A DNA stretch of 64,000 nucleotides, taken from the NCBI RefSeq assembly GCF_009914755.1, contig NC_060932.1; one strand, written 5' to 3'. A program made the translations under genes and the position numbers. Below the pieces are notes generated by a model. The model saw only the letters and a list, made by a program, of their open reading frames with translations, had not been told where the DNA came from and did not search any database. This DNA comes from the human T2T-CHM13v2.0 reference genome, Homo sapiens. Each line of letters starts with the position of its first letter. Position 1 is the first letter of the stretch. Positions 40,834 through 53,669 of this stretch are shown here, in pieces.

Positions 40834-41520
40834 GCAAACTTGCCCATCTTTGAGTCCAGCCTCTACTCAGCAGTGTGCCTTTTTGTGGCTTCTCATCAAT
40901 CAATCAATCAATAGTGAGCACCGATGGATGTCTTCTCTGCACTGGGAACCCGATGGGCCCCAGCGTGCAACACGGAGTCCCTGCTCTTCAGGACCCCAGC
41001 TTGGGGGAAGGTGAGGCCAGGTGAGAGCATGAAAACAGCACACAATTAAAACAAACGTTTTCCAAGACACGGGCTTTGCGTCATGCACATCACAGGGACT
41101 CAATCAGTGGGTTGTGCTGGCGGTGGGGGGCACCTGGAATCTCTTGCACAGGAAAGTGGGCAAGGGGCCACTGCCTCCAAGGCCTCCCCACACATCAGTT
41201 CGTGCAGAGCGCATGGTCCAGGGATGCTGGTTAGCCCCCATAACCCCGCCGGCCTCACCCCCAGGGGCTCCCAGGGTCCCCGGTCCCCAGCTGCTGGAGA
41301 GGGACCGGGGTCGTGCTGCCTCCCTTGCAGCTGCGTTGACAGAGGACCCGGCCGGCACTCTGTAAATGTTGGTGGACGATGACACCGGCTCCCTCAGCCT
41401 GCTGATTTTTCTGTGTCCAGCGCCGGGGCCTGGATGGGAGCTGTCAGAGGAGTGATGAGTAGTGTCTTCTGGAGTAAGCGGAGGGCCTCGGAAAGATGGT
41501 TTACGATCTGCAGCAAGGGG

Positions 41521-41600
41521 ATTTTTATTTATTTATCTATTTACTCCCTGCCTTGTTCAAAAAGGATTTAAGGCAGCTTATGAAGATACATAAAGGAGAA
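41521..41600 (-). mobile_element. Ancient L2-clade LINE 3' end (AmnL2-like, tentative)
   Basis: (TTTA)n tail then ccctgccttgttcaaaaaggatttaaggcagctta; family name from memory. Confidence 0.5.
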
Positions 41601-42233
41601 CAAAGAAACATGGATGAGAAGGGGTGGGAGGATGAAGATGAGAGCAGCAAGGAAAGGGCAGGCAGCTAGCAGGTGCTGCCCAGAGGCCAGGGCCCCAGCC
41701 ACCCTGGGAGCCGTGATGCCCATGGGGACTCAGAGCCACCCTCGGCCTCTCTGAGCTCACTGCCAGGGGACTCTGTTTCTCAGGCTGGGACTTCTTTGGT
41801 TTCTTAGAATTCTAATGTGTTGTCCATGCACACACACCCACGCACACAGACATACACATGCATGCTCAGCCCCCACACACCCCACCGACGAAGGGGCCTC
41901 CCCATTGGGGCCTGGGTTTTATTAACGCACAGAGGCACCAGCTGTGACTGGGAAACCCTCATGGTTAGGAGTCCTGCCCACCTGGCCTGGGGGTCTCTTG
42001 CTGGTTGGGTGGTCTTGGGCACAGTGTTCCAGTCGTAAGCCCCTTAGGAGAAGGAGGCCATCTCCTCACTCGGCCCTGTGAGCCCACCCACCCACGGAGG
42101 CCAGCTTTAGGCGCCATCGGCATTCCACTGTGTTCTTATCTAGAGGACCCCAGGCTCATGCCAGGCCTCGGTAGGCACAGGTGCTCATGACCTTCACACC
42201 AGGCCCACTTCTATTCACCCACTCCCTCCTTAC

Positions 42234-42681
42234 TGCAGTGGCTGGCGTGGTGTCCCCGAAAGGACAAGTCCATGTCCTAAGCCCTGGAACCTGTCAATGT
42301 GACCTTCTTGAGAAAAAGGGTCTTTTCAGATGTAGTTAAGAGAAGGATCTGGAGATTATCCTGAATTCAGGATGGCCTTGAATCCAATGACGGGCGTCAT
42401 GATGAGACAGAGACGACACAAACACACAGACGGAAGACGCCCGGGTCAAGGACAGAGGCAGAGATGGGGGAGGGGACAGCCAGAGCCCAGAAACCCCTGG
42501 GGTCCCCTGAGGCTGGAGGAGGCCACGAGGGAGCCTCGTGGGAGCTTCAGAGGGAGCAAGGCCTGGCCCACCCCTTGGTTTCAGACTTCTCATCCCCAGA
42601 ATCATAACAGAATACATTTCTGTTGTTTTAAGCCACCCATTTTGTCATAATTTGTTAGGGCAGCCACAGGGAACTAACACG
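42234..42681 (+). mobile_element. MLT1C-like MaLR solo LTR
   Basis: cctggaacctgtcaatgtgacctt...aaaagggtcttttcagatgtagttaag...atttctgttgttttaagccacc...ggaactaacac. Confidence 0.88.
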
Positions 42682-42814
42682 CATCCTTAGCATGTTGTTT
42701 ATAAGTAATAAGCTCGCATAAACCCGCCAGCGCTGTGGGGCTGTGTGCTACCGGCAGCCCGCACTGAACCAGCTCCTGTATTCTGCTCTCCTGCTCCCCT
42801 ACCCAAGGTCATCT

Positions 42815-43100
42815 GCCTTCCAATTTGTCGTTTTTGCCAATTAAAGGGATGTAATTGCATCTCCCGTGACTTTGACGCACCCTCCCTGGCCGCCGGTGGT
42901 GGGAGTGTGTCTCAGCCCTCCCGGCTGTGTCTCCCCTGCGGAGCAGCTCAGCCTCTTCCTGCCCTTCCTTCCATGGGGCCCTTTGCGTGACGCTGCCTGT
43001 GCACTGGGGCGTGGATCCTTCTTCACTACGCTTGCAGAAAATATCTTCTCCAAGTTCGTAAGTGGTCTCCTCACTTTCTTCTGATGAACAAAGTTCACAT
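42815..43100 (-). mobile_element. Old L1M fragment
   Basis: tttttgccaatt...gcagaaaatatcttctcc...tgatgaacaaagttc resembles antisense L1ME ORF2/3' sequence. Confidence 0.5.
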
Positions 43101-43350
43101 AAGGTGCAAGATTATGAGCAAATGAATGAATGATTTTCAGTCCCCAATTTCCCACTCAATTATCCCCTGACCCACGGGGCATGTCACTTAAACTCAGAGG
43201 GACCCAGGTTCCTTAACGTCAGCACAACCACCTGGACCCGACCCTCCCTCCCTCGGCCTCCCCGGCCCGACACTGACGCTGTAAGATCCCCTGTGTCCAC
43301 CTGGGGAAGAGCCGGGAAGATTACAGGGGCTTCTGACACAAAGCAATTTC

Positions 43351-43402
43351 TAAGCCTTTTTAAATCCTTCCTGGAACACGGCAGAGTATAAATAAATAAA
43401 TA
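43351..43402 (+). mobile_element. Second copy of the ancient LINE 3' end, inverted relative to 41521-41600
   Basis: Reverse complement tatttatttatttatactctgccgtgttccaggaaggatttaaaaaggctta aligns with 41527-41580. Confidence 0.5.
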
Positions 43403-44429
43403 GTTCCAAAGCGATTTCCATCTACCCTCCTCCAGCTGGGAATCTTTCAAGCACCCTGGCCCACAGCACCCGAAATGGTTGCGCTTGTCTGGGTGCCACT
43501 CAGCCCTCCACAGAGGAACCCAGGCCCTCCCGGGTGCCCAGCTCTGCAACTCGGGAGCAGGAGTGTCTCCGCAGCCTGGCGCCGGGAGCGAGTCAGCTCT
43601 GCAGACAAGTAATCTCTTTATGGCCTATTTCGTTGTGAATCGTCACCAGACAACTATTAATCTTCAATCATACTTTTATGAAGTGTTTGTTTTTTTTTTC
43701 CTCCCTCTCTCCCCAAGACTGGGAATATCAATATAGCAGCTGTCACGGGTCGTTACCAACGGCATCTTCCCCACTATTATGGCCAAATAAAGCCAGATAG
43801 AGAGAGACTGGGGGCCCGGTCCAATCGACAGCTTATCTGGGCATCTGAGGGAGCCATCCGGCGCAATGATATTGTGCTGTCAGATCTGGGTATGTATCTG
43901 CTCCATGAACAAAGGTGGCGACCAGCATGACAGATGGTCTGCCACGTCTCTGCGGAGCCGCCTCCCGCATGCAGCCACGCTTGGTGCCCATACAGATAGG
44001 CGGCCCCAGGTGCATCCTTCCACGCCTGTCTCAGCCCAGGGCAGGGGATCTCCTGAGGGGAGAGGGCAGATAGGGAACATGGGGAACTGGACAGACGGCA
44101 GTCTGGGTGGCCTCTGCCACCCTTTCGACCCTCCCCACAGCACCTCTTGGAGGCAGATGAGCAAAGAGAGTTGGGCACCGCTCCTCTCTCAGAAGCTGCT
44201 GCAGGGGTTCAGTGAGACAGAAAGAGCCCCAGCATATGCAGGAAGCAGGCACAGAGCGAGTGGTCAGCTCGCAGGAGAGGAAGAGGGACGGCGGTGGGAG
44301 CCATGGAGCAGGTGTTGTGGAGTCAGGTGTCCCTGGGGTCACGGTGACTGGCCAGGCGCGGGGAGCCAGGAGGCACACGGTCCTGGGCTCTGGCAGGGCT
44401 GGAGTGCTCGGCACGGCCGGGAGGGTGGG

Positions 44430-44838
44430 CTTGTCTCACGGGGCTGCCACAGCAAAGTGCCACGAACTGGGTAGCTGACAGGAGGTCTTTACTGTCTCCC
44501 GGCTCTGGGGGCCAGAACGCTGACAGCAAGGTGCCAGCAGGGTGGGCCCTTCTGGAGGCTCCGGCCGGGATCTGTTCCAGGCCACCCCCGCCTTCCGGCC
44601 ATCCTCAGCTTGGCTCCTGGACACACTGTCCAGTCTCAGCATCTGTGGCTACTTGGTGCACTCCCTGCGTTTGTTCAGATTTCCCCTTCTTATAAAGACA
44701 CAGCCACTGGATTAGGGTACAACCGCTTCCCTAGTTTGACGACATCTGCAAAGACTCTTCCAACTCAGGTCCTGTTCACAGGTTCTGGGGGTTCAGACGC
44801 CAATCAATTTTTGGAGGGACACAATTCCACCCACAGCA
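44430..44838 (-). mobile_element. MLT1B/C-like MaLR solo LTR
   Basis: gggctgccacagcaaagtgccacgaactgggtagct...ttcttataaagacac...tggattaggg...ggagggacacaattc. Confidence 0.82.
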
Positions 44839-45289
44839 GAGAGCCGCTGACTGTGCCCCAGGCGCTGGCCCCAGGGTGAGAAGGGCTTTCCTGGGCCTCC
44901 TCCTCCAGCTGGCCTCAGTCTCTGCTAAGGCCCAGCACAGGCAACCTCTCCCCAACTCCAGGAACCTGCTCTGCCCATCCCCAGTGGGAGCCCTGGCTCT
45001 CTGCTCCCCGCGTTCCCTCCAGTGAAGCCCACGCCATTGTCAGCTGCACCGTCCTGTCTCCGCGCCCTGAGAGTTGCACACGGGGAGTGGAAACAACACC
45101 CACGGGGACTGGACAGATGCAGCCGGGGCCCGGAGAATGGGAGTGGGGAGGACGACCTCAGAGGGCCTCCGAGTCTGTTCCTGGAGTGTGCAAAAAGCTG
45201 AATTTAAGAAAGCCACACCGCAGCAACATGGAACACTGTGTCTGAGGGCCACAGGCAGCCCGTGGACAAGGAGGCTTCAACCTTGAGGG

Positions 45290-45500
45290 TAAGAGAGAAA
45301 GAGAGAGAGATACTGAGAGGGAAAGAGAGAAAGAGAGAGAGAGAGGGAGAGGGAGAGAGGGAGGGAGAGAGAGAGGGGGAGACGAAGAGAGGGAGAGAGA
45401 GGAAGAGAGAGAGAGAGAGGGATGGAGGGACACAGAGAGAGAGAGACAGGGACATAGAGAGAGGGAGAGAGGGAGAGGGAAAGTGAGAGAGGAAGAGACC
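45290..45500. repeat. (GA)n-rich polypurine tract
   Basis: gagagagagagagggagaggga arrays. Confidence 0.93.
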
Positions 45501-47354
45501 ACACTAAGACAGGGGAGACAGGGGTCTCTTCTCCCTCCTGTAGATCTCCAGGTGTGGCCAAATGCATTGAACCCTTGGACCAGAGACCCCGACAGAGGGG
45601 TCTGAGATACACAATGAGTGGACAGGAGTCTGCCTCACACCAGGACCTGTGCTGAGTACGTGTGCCAGGCACACCCAGCCACCTGCCCAGAGCCTCAGTC
45701 CCTCAAGGGGAGCCCCAGGCTGCTCCTCCTTCCTGTGGGGGATGGTGCCGTCTGCAAACAGACTTAGTCTACCTGCCGACTAAGATGGGGCAATCCTGAA
45801 AAGGTGAGGAGGGCAGGGCTGGAGGACATGGCCGGAAGTGGGGCCTGTCCCCTGCATATGCTGAGCATGGAGCTTCCCCATTGAGCTCAGATGCAGGCTC
45901 AAGAGTCATTCCCAGCACAGCTCTGCAGCCAGCCACAATCAATCAGTCAGCCCGTAGGGCCAATCCGTTTGCACCCTACACCCCACACTATCCAGTGAAT
46001 GGGCCGAGGGCTGCGGGGGACGCAGGCCAGGAGAGGGCCGGGCGCAGCAAACAGTGTGCGCTGAGACCCTGGGCTGTCCCCGCTGTGGAGCCCACGTGCA
46101 ATCGATTTGAGCAGGGCCACGAGGCAGGCAGAGAGGGCTGGACATGCAGAGGCCACAGAAGCTGGGTGGCGTCTATGGCTCGAGGCGGTGCTGCCGAGCG
46201 AGGCCATTGTACCTGAGCAGTGAGGGCCCCTGGGGTGTTTGGGTGGGATGCAGGCAGGCAGGACACATCCTGGGAAAAGAGCAGGAGGGTGGATGGGCCC
46301 GGTGGGCTCAGACAGTCGGGCCTCGCAGCCACAGGACAAGCAGAGGAGCCCTTGGGAGCCAGGCCTAGTGGCACGGCCCACCCCTCCCGGGAGCTGTTCC
46401 AGCCACCAGGGCAGGGAGATGCTGGATTTGCTCTTGTTCCGGCAAGCAAACCGTCCCTAAGGGTCTTGGCCAGTGACACATGAAGCCCAAACGCACCACT
46501 GCCCAAAACCTGGACAAGCTCCCTCCACCTGCCTGTCACTTCTCGTTCCATAAGACTTTAATTCCCACAATGACGCCGCTGCCCCAGGCAGATGGACTCC
46601 GATGCGGTCACAGCCAGCTCACGGCCTGCTGGAAGCAGCGAGAGGGGCAGATGCCGGGCAGGTGCCTGCTGGGAATCCCCACCCAGACCCGCAGAGGGAG
46701 CAGGAGAGCGGGATTTCAGAAAGAGGAGCTGGGTTGCCAACGCCTAGGCCCAGACCCAGCACCCAGAGCAGCTCAGGCCCTCAGGGGTCCATCAGCTCCT
46801 CCATCTGCAGACGGAAGCCTGTCCACTCACAGCGCAGCTGCAGGCCAGGAACTCACTACACGGACCTCGGAGCCCAAACAGGAAGGGGCTGGAGAGGGAC
46901 CTGGCCCCACGTGGAGCCCTGAGCCCTTTGGGAATCTCACCTGGGGACACGCTCCGGGGGCTGCGTCCACCTGTCGGGCCCCACACACATCTTCATCCAT
47001 TGTAGCCAAGAGAAAAACACGGAATCCCAAAGTCGGAGGGAACCCGGAACAGGAAACAACGCACAGGCTCAGGACAGGGGACACCGGTGTGTGTGACCCA
47101 TTGCTGCCACCCACCAGCCGTGTGGCCCTGGGGACCCCCATCGCCCTCTGTGCCTCGGCGTCCTCGTCTGCAGTAGTGACTGCCTCCGGGTACCTGCTGG
47201 GATAGAGCGGCATCGTGCGTGGAAGGGTCCTTTGTGGACTCTAAGCTGGGCTGGCAGCTGGAGGGAGTGACTGGCTCTCAGGAGAACCCAGGAGCACTGA
47301 GCTGCGGCTGGGGCCGGGCTCCTGTGGAATCACAGGTAATTCTCCCAGAAGGGC

Positions 47355-47425
47355 CGCGTTATCTTCCCTTTCTGAATGCAGAAGCTCAGGCTCAGAAAGG
47401 TCAAATTATCTGCTCAGTGTCAGAA
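47355..47425 (-). mobile_element. MIR fragment
   Basis: gcagaagctcaggctcagaaaggtcaaattatctgctca. Confidence 0.55.
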
Positions 47426-47974
47426 AAGGCTGGGTGCTGGGCAGGCTTCCACTATGACGACGCTTTGTAACAAGTAACCTACAAACTGCGATGACAACAG
47501 ACCAAGCTTCCTTTCTCCCAGGTCTGCAGGTGAGCCCGGCCCTCCCTCCAGGCCCCTGTGCACTCAGGTCCACCCCATTGTCTCTGTCGTGGGACCCGCG
47601 GCTGCCAGGCTGGCTCTTCTCTCCGCGCATGACGACGGTGTGGAGGCCAAGCCCGACAACCAGGCCGAGGGACAGACCCCGTCATGCCTGACAGCCTGTG
47701 GGTCAAAGCCACTCACAGGCTGAGCCCAGTGTCAATGATTCAGGAAAAAGCGCTCTGCCTCCTCCGGCAGGAAGCATGGGCAGAGTGTGAAGTGCGGTCC
47801 AGACGCAGGGAGGGAGCGACAGGCTGCAGACCAGACGCCACCCAGCCGTGGTAAGGACACAGGCAAGGGCCAGATGCACATCCACTTGGCTCCAAGAACA
47901 CGTTTTTCTCTGAACCAAGGCACCTCTGAACCAAAGCTTCTCCTTTGTGGGGGGGAGCTGAGACTTGAACTCTG

Positions 47975-48138
47975 CCCCACAGCTTCCAGGGAGCACTCTG
48001 CCACCCCCACCCCCAGCTTCCAGGGAGCACTCTGCCACCCCCCCAGCTTCCAGGGAGCACTCTGCCACCACCCTACAGCTTCCAGGGAGCACTCTGCCAC
48101 CCCCCACAGCTTCCAGGGAGCACTCTGCCATCCCCCAC
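47975..48138. repeat. ~31-34-bp VNTR, 5 copies
   Basis: cagcttccagggagcactctgcca plus a variable C-run. Confidence 0.95.
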
Positions 48139-48625
48139 AAGAGTCCCTGCAGCCAGCAGCACGCTGAGGTCTGCGCCTGCCACCAGTGCCCCCCCAGGTC
48201 TCCAGCAGTGGAATGTGGGCCCCTCTTCCTCATCTCCCGGGCTCTGGCCGAGCCATCCTCCCGGCCCAGCCCTGCAGTCCCATCCCAGGGCTAAGAGGGA
48301 GCCATGGTCATGCCCTGACGTGCCCATGGAGAGGACAGAGGGAGCAGCGGCTTGCCCACCAGCTGTGGACTTGATGCTCCCCACAGCCCTGTAGACTGGG
48401 GGTCTCACCAGGCCCCACACGCTCTTGCACATGGGAAGCTTTTAGTTTTCGAGAAATGGACGCAAAACAAATAAAGAACAAGGAAGCTAAGGTCCAGAAA
48501 AGGGACTTTTTGGCCAAATGTATGCAGCCGGTCAGCTGTCCCGGCTCCGGCAGCCCTGCACCTCCCGCAGGACTCCTCACAGGGCCCTGTCCTCGCACAT
48601 TTCCAAGGTGTGAAGGTCCTGCCAG

Positions 48626-48762
48626 GCGTGTGCACGTGTGGATGCATGTGTGGGAGTGTATGTGCTGTGTGTGCATGTGTGCGTGTGTGTCTGCATGTCT
48701 GCATATGTACTGTGTGTGCTTATGTGTGAGATGTATGTGTTTGTGATGTGTGCACACACACG
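48626..48762. repeat. Degenerate (TG)n tract
   Basis: gtgtgcatgtgtgcgtgtgtgtc-type alternation. Confidence 0.85.
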
Positions 48763-49639
48763 TAGGCAGTGCAGAGAGAAGAGTCAGGGGACACGTCAAT
48801 GTGGGAACACTCAGAAGCTCCCCCGCAGAGATCATGTAAGGGAGCAGCGCTGGGCTCAGCTAAACAAAGGCTTCTGTGACAGCCCTGTGTCTCCTCTGAT
48901 GCCCACTGAGGTATGAAATTAAGTCCAGTGCTGCTACTCAGCCAAACTGATTACCTGTGCTCCAGCCGCAAGGGACAGGGACTTGTTGAATTTGCCGCCC
49001 CAACCCCCAAAAGGTTACATTCATTGTGGGGACCCTCCACGGCTCGCTCTGTGGCTGTCAGTCCACCGGGCTGAAGCATCCACATAGCCGACAAGCCTGA
49101 CACGACAGGGCGTGGCTCTTGGCCCACAGTCCCATATTTTTCCAGGGCCTAAAGGTGCTCCAGGCCTCATTAGGTCCTGAGATATGCAGAGGCGGAAGCC
49201 CCAGGCCTCGCTGTCAGGGAAAACAACCTCAGCCCACTCCCAAGTAACTGGGGCATCGGCTGAGCAGCCGAAAGGGATAGACAGGGATGAGGAATCCCGG
49301 CAGTGACAGGGGAGCCAGGGGTGAGCCGGGTCAGGAGAGCAGAGAGAACGGGGCCCAGGGATGTGCTGGCCATAGCAGGGGTAGTGGCAGTGGCTGGGAC
49401 CTCTGGGTGTCCCCAGCAGCCACCACGGTGATGAGCCTCCCTCCACCCTGGAGTGGACAGATCTCCTGGGCTGTGCTGAGGTTGGTGTCGGCAGCTGGGG
49501 CTGGAGACTCCAGAAGCCACTAGCCACAGGGTGCTGTCGTCCAAACAAGCTAAAGAGAAGAGGAAACCCCCCGGGCCGGCCCCCACCTTCCCTCCTGTGC
49601 CCAGCAGCTCTCCGGAGGCCATGCTGTGGAGATGGAATC

Positions 49640-50125
49640 CCATTGTTTTTCTTCTTTCAGGAAATCACACTGCTGTTTTCAGGTGTTATGTTTATTGCTA
49701 GCAGTGTGTTTGAAGGATAGAAAAAAGTCACAGTAGTGTGATTAGGAACAAATTTGATTACAATTATGAATTCTTAGTGGATGTTTGGAAAACTCCACAT
49801 TCTATCTAGACATTTTCGTGTTGCACTAGTGGCCCGTCCACCTCCTACCAAAGACTTCTGTCCGGTACGGTGTCAAAGATGCAACGTTTATGTGACGCGT
49901 CTTATTTTGTTGCAAGAGGGAAACATTCTGCAAAGTTGACATTTGTGATAATATATTATGTCAGGTGAAATAGGCAAGAAGTTAATTAAAGGCAGAGAGT
50001 TAATTAATGAGATCCAGCCCACATTAGCAATCATTACCTCATCTGAGAAGAGTAATTAGAGTGGCGTTGCAGGAGTTGCTTTATTCTCCAAGGTGGCGTG
50101 TTGACATATCGCATAAGTCAGTTCA
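49640..50125. promoter_or_regulatory. Candidate conserved non-coding element / developmental enhancer
   Basis: Non-repetitive AT-rich island in GC-rich flanks; TAATTA at 49983, 50001 and 50053; T-box-like AGGTGTTA at 49681; FOX-like TGTTTAT at 49689. Function is inferred only. Confidence 0.5.
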
Positions 50126-51199
50126 TGTTGGAGGGTAACTCTCTCTCCACGGAGCAGCTGGGACAGCGAATGGATCAACTGTGGCAACTGGGCTTTGAGG
50201 CCGCAGCAGCCCTTGCAAAGCTCCGTGTTTGATGGAACCAGGCCACCTGTAAGCAGCCAGGGACGTGCAGAGACAGCCTGATGCTGGCTTTAGCACTGGG
50301 ACAGGGACCGAGAGGGCCAGCTGCAGTCTGGCCCCGGGAGCTTCCCAGCTACTTGGGAGATCAGGAGGGCAGCAGCTCTGACCAGCATCTGTTCCCTGCA
50401 TAAGTATTACTAGCAACACTTTCAGTCTCAGACTACCCCAATTTGGCCAATCAATGGCATGGTGGCTCTAGAGATAGGAAGCGCAGGCTTAACCGTCCGC
50501 TGCATGAAGACAGAGCTTCCTGCCTGTTTCCCACATGGATGAGTCCCGAGTGCCTGGGGCAGTGCCTGATGCTGGGCAGAGGCTTGGTGACAGGCAGGTT
50601 GAGTAGGGGGCAGGGCACTGCCCGGCTGGGGAAGCGAAAGCCACCGCTCCAAGGAATTGCTTCGTCTCCCCGGGCCTCAGCTCTGTCATCTGTGAAATGC
50701 GGACTGGCAGCGTCCACCAGGCCTGGCAGCCTGAGGCTCAAGGTGTGGATTCGGTGAGTTCATGTCTGTGAAGCTCCCAGGACACGCTGCACGCAGCCGT
50801 GAGGAATGTCAGCCTGACCGAATCCACGGGACTCTCGGCTCCTGGAGTCAGGACAGACCCTGCATCACCCTGGCTCCTCTGGGTTCCCGTGTGGTGCCCC
50901 GAGGTCGGGCTTAGCACAGAATGGCTGAGGGGCCCAGGCGTGGTGCAGAGCTGCGGAGAGAGCTGCCCCACAGATGGCCGGAGAACCAGGCAGCATCCTC
51001 TGAAAGACAGCGCTCCAGCTGAGGCTCAGAAAAGACAGACGGATACAGGAGACGCCAGAGAAGTGAATGGAGTTTGCAGAAATGTCTGCGGCTGCAGCTT
51101 GGAGGGCACAGCCAGTCCGGCAGGACAGTCTGAGGAGCACCCCGGGTGGGGTGGGGACAGCTGGAGAGCCGGGGCTCAGGTGGGGCCAGGGCAGTAAAT

Positions 51200-51275
51200 A
51201 GTGGGTGGTGTTGGTCCCCATTTTATGGATGAGAGAGCTGACGCTTGGCAAGCCTAAGCAGTTCCTTGAAGGCTC
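51200..51275 (-). mobile_element. MIR fragment
   Basis: ccccattttatggatgagagagctgacgct. Confidence 0.6.
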
Positions 51276-51279
51276 GGGA

Positions 51280-52080
51280 AGGGCCTTGAGCCGGGAAGAA
51301 AGCTCTGGCCTTATTCTGTGAGTCCAGGGGAGCCATAGAAGGTTCTTGAGCAGGGGAGTGGCTTTGGCAGCTACCTACTTAGAACAGTCCCTGCAGGGGC
51401 CTCAGAGACTCACTCCAGACCTCCCTCTCTAGAAACGGGAAACGTCTACCCTTTGCAGGTGGCGGTGCTCTGTTCTGGACCACACATGTGGACTTCTGTA
51501 GCACACGGCGCTCTTCCAGACACTCAGACCAAAACAGGTGACATCCCACAGAGGGTCAGATGGTGCAGGACACACAGCATGTGGGGAAATCACCTCATAT
51601 GTCAGAGGGGACACCTGGTGTGGAAAAAACAGCCAGGGAGCTGCCCAGAGGGCTGGGGGGCTGGGGAGGGCTGGGGGGCTGGGGAGGGCTGGGGTACATT
51701 TGAGGATTGGAGGTGGAGAAGGCACTGGCCACGTGAGCTGGGGAAGAAAATGCAGGGGCCATGGCTGAGTAGACTCCGTATGGTTAAGGCCCATATGGAG
51801 GGACCCAGGGGTCAACAGTGGGGGCCAAGTTCGGGGTCATGGGAAGGGGCTGTGAGCCAGGGAGCCAGGGAAGGTGGCCCTCATGGCAAGGGTGGAGCAG
51901 GAGAGCCCTGGCCTGATGCTTGGCTGGAGCACGCTGGCTGCTGGGGACAGGTGATGGCCAAGGAGCCCAGACAGAAGCTGCTGCCACGGTCCAGGAGAGG
52001 TATGCTGGGGACTCAGCCTGGGGGGACAGAGGCCTGGGAGGAAGTGGTCAGACTGGACATATCTGAAGGCGGGATGGCGT
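51280..52080 (-). mobile_element. L2 fragments (discontinuous)
   Basis: ggggagccatagaaggttcttgagcagggga (51327) and gaagtggtcagactggacatatctgaagg (52041). Confidence 0.6.
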
Positions 52081-52884
52081 GGGGCGTGGCTTCCAGCCGC
52101 GAGTATTCTAAGCTTTCTCACCCTGGGTGCCCCCTCTGCTCACCTGCTGTGTCAGAGCCGTGGTGCAGGCTAAGAGACCCAAGGCCACCAGGACCCGCGT
52201 GCACGGGCCATTTGGCTCTGCACAGAACCGGTCTGAGCCGTGGACCTGGAATTCTCTAACCCCAAGGGACTGCAGCTTTCCCATGTCAGTTCAGCCACCT
52301 GTGACGTCTTGCTTTGGTGACAGTGTCTCTCTTTAGCAGGAAAATAAACCTTTAGTTCCGATCTGTCATCATCCATTTGTGGGTGACATCACAGAAGTTA
52401 TTTATCATTATTAGAATTGGGGACCTCCAGGTGTGGCTGTTCCTAGATGGGGCATTCCCCCTCCTCCCAGCTCTGGGGCTCGATTTCCATCTGAAGCCCC
52501 GACTCCACAACCAGGCAGCTGGGGTCTCACCCTTAACACTGAGGGAAGAGCGTTCCACAGAGGGAACAGCCAGCGCAGGAACCCCGAGGCCGGGCCTCTG
52601 AGGAGCTGGAGGAGGCCCCATGTAGCGGGCTCTGCTGGGAGGCCCCAGAATGACTAGGCAAGAGCTTGTGCATTCACCAGAATTAACCCTTTCTGGCCAA
52701 AGTGAGCCAGAAATCACAGGTCCCCAAGCGCTTTCAATGCAGATAGCAGATCAGGGCTCAGCATGGCCAAGGCTCCAGGTTTCTGGATCCTTAAAAACAA
52801 ATGGATGACAGCTCTGTGTAATTAACCATATCTGATAATTAGAGCTTGAACTGTGCAGGCAGCACAGACTGTGGACTCTTCCAA

Positions 52885-52979
52885 AGTAGCAGCAGACACA
52901 GACACGCACACACCACACACACACACTCTAGCAGTAGACACAGACACGCACACACCACACACACACACTCCAGCAGCAG

Positions 52980-53010
<31 letters not shown>

Positions 53011-53030
53011 CACACATTACACGCACACAC
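52885..53030. repeat. ~42-bp CA-rich unit x3 ending in pure (CA)n
   Basis: agcag(c/t)agacacagacacgcacacaccacacacacacactc repeated. Confidence 0.9.
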
Positions 53031-53669
53031 CCATGAACCCTGGGCGCTCTCAGCAAGGCGACCTCAGGGGCACTGGAAGCCCTGGAGGAAAGGGACGGCA
53101 CCTTCCTGACATCAGGGAGAAGCAACAGCCCATGCGCAAAGGCTGCAAGAGAGAGACAGAGAGAAAGAGACAGAGAGAGGAGAGAAAGACAAGGCTACTG
53201 GGCAGCCCCCACCCCTGCACAGGGCTGGCCGGCCTCCCGTGGCCCGACCTCCTGAAGGACAGTGCCTCCTCTCGGTCATCAGAACCTGCTTCCCCTGGGT
53301 CCTGGCCCTCCTGTGGCCTCTTCTCCCCTTTGCTGTCCCAGCAGCACTGCTGTACTCCCCAAACCTACAGCAGCCTTCACCTGGGGCCCTCTGGGGCTGG
53401 CCCGCTGACCAGAGCCCCACTCCCACTCAGGCCTGGGGTGCCGGCCCTCCTGCCCCTCCCTGAGACGCCCTTGCTGCCTGGCCAGAGAGGCCTTTGGCGC
53501 CCATGGCAGATCATGGGCTTGGTCCAGCACCACCCCTGGTACGGGACACGGCCACCTCTGCCTTGCCCTCCCATGGCCCCGTGAGCACTACCCGCCCTGG
53601 ACTGTATGTCAATGACGAGGTCCCAGGCCCGGGACTTGGCCAGCCACAGCCCCCACGTCACAGATGTTT

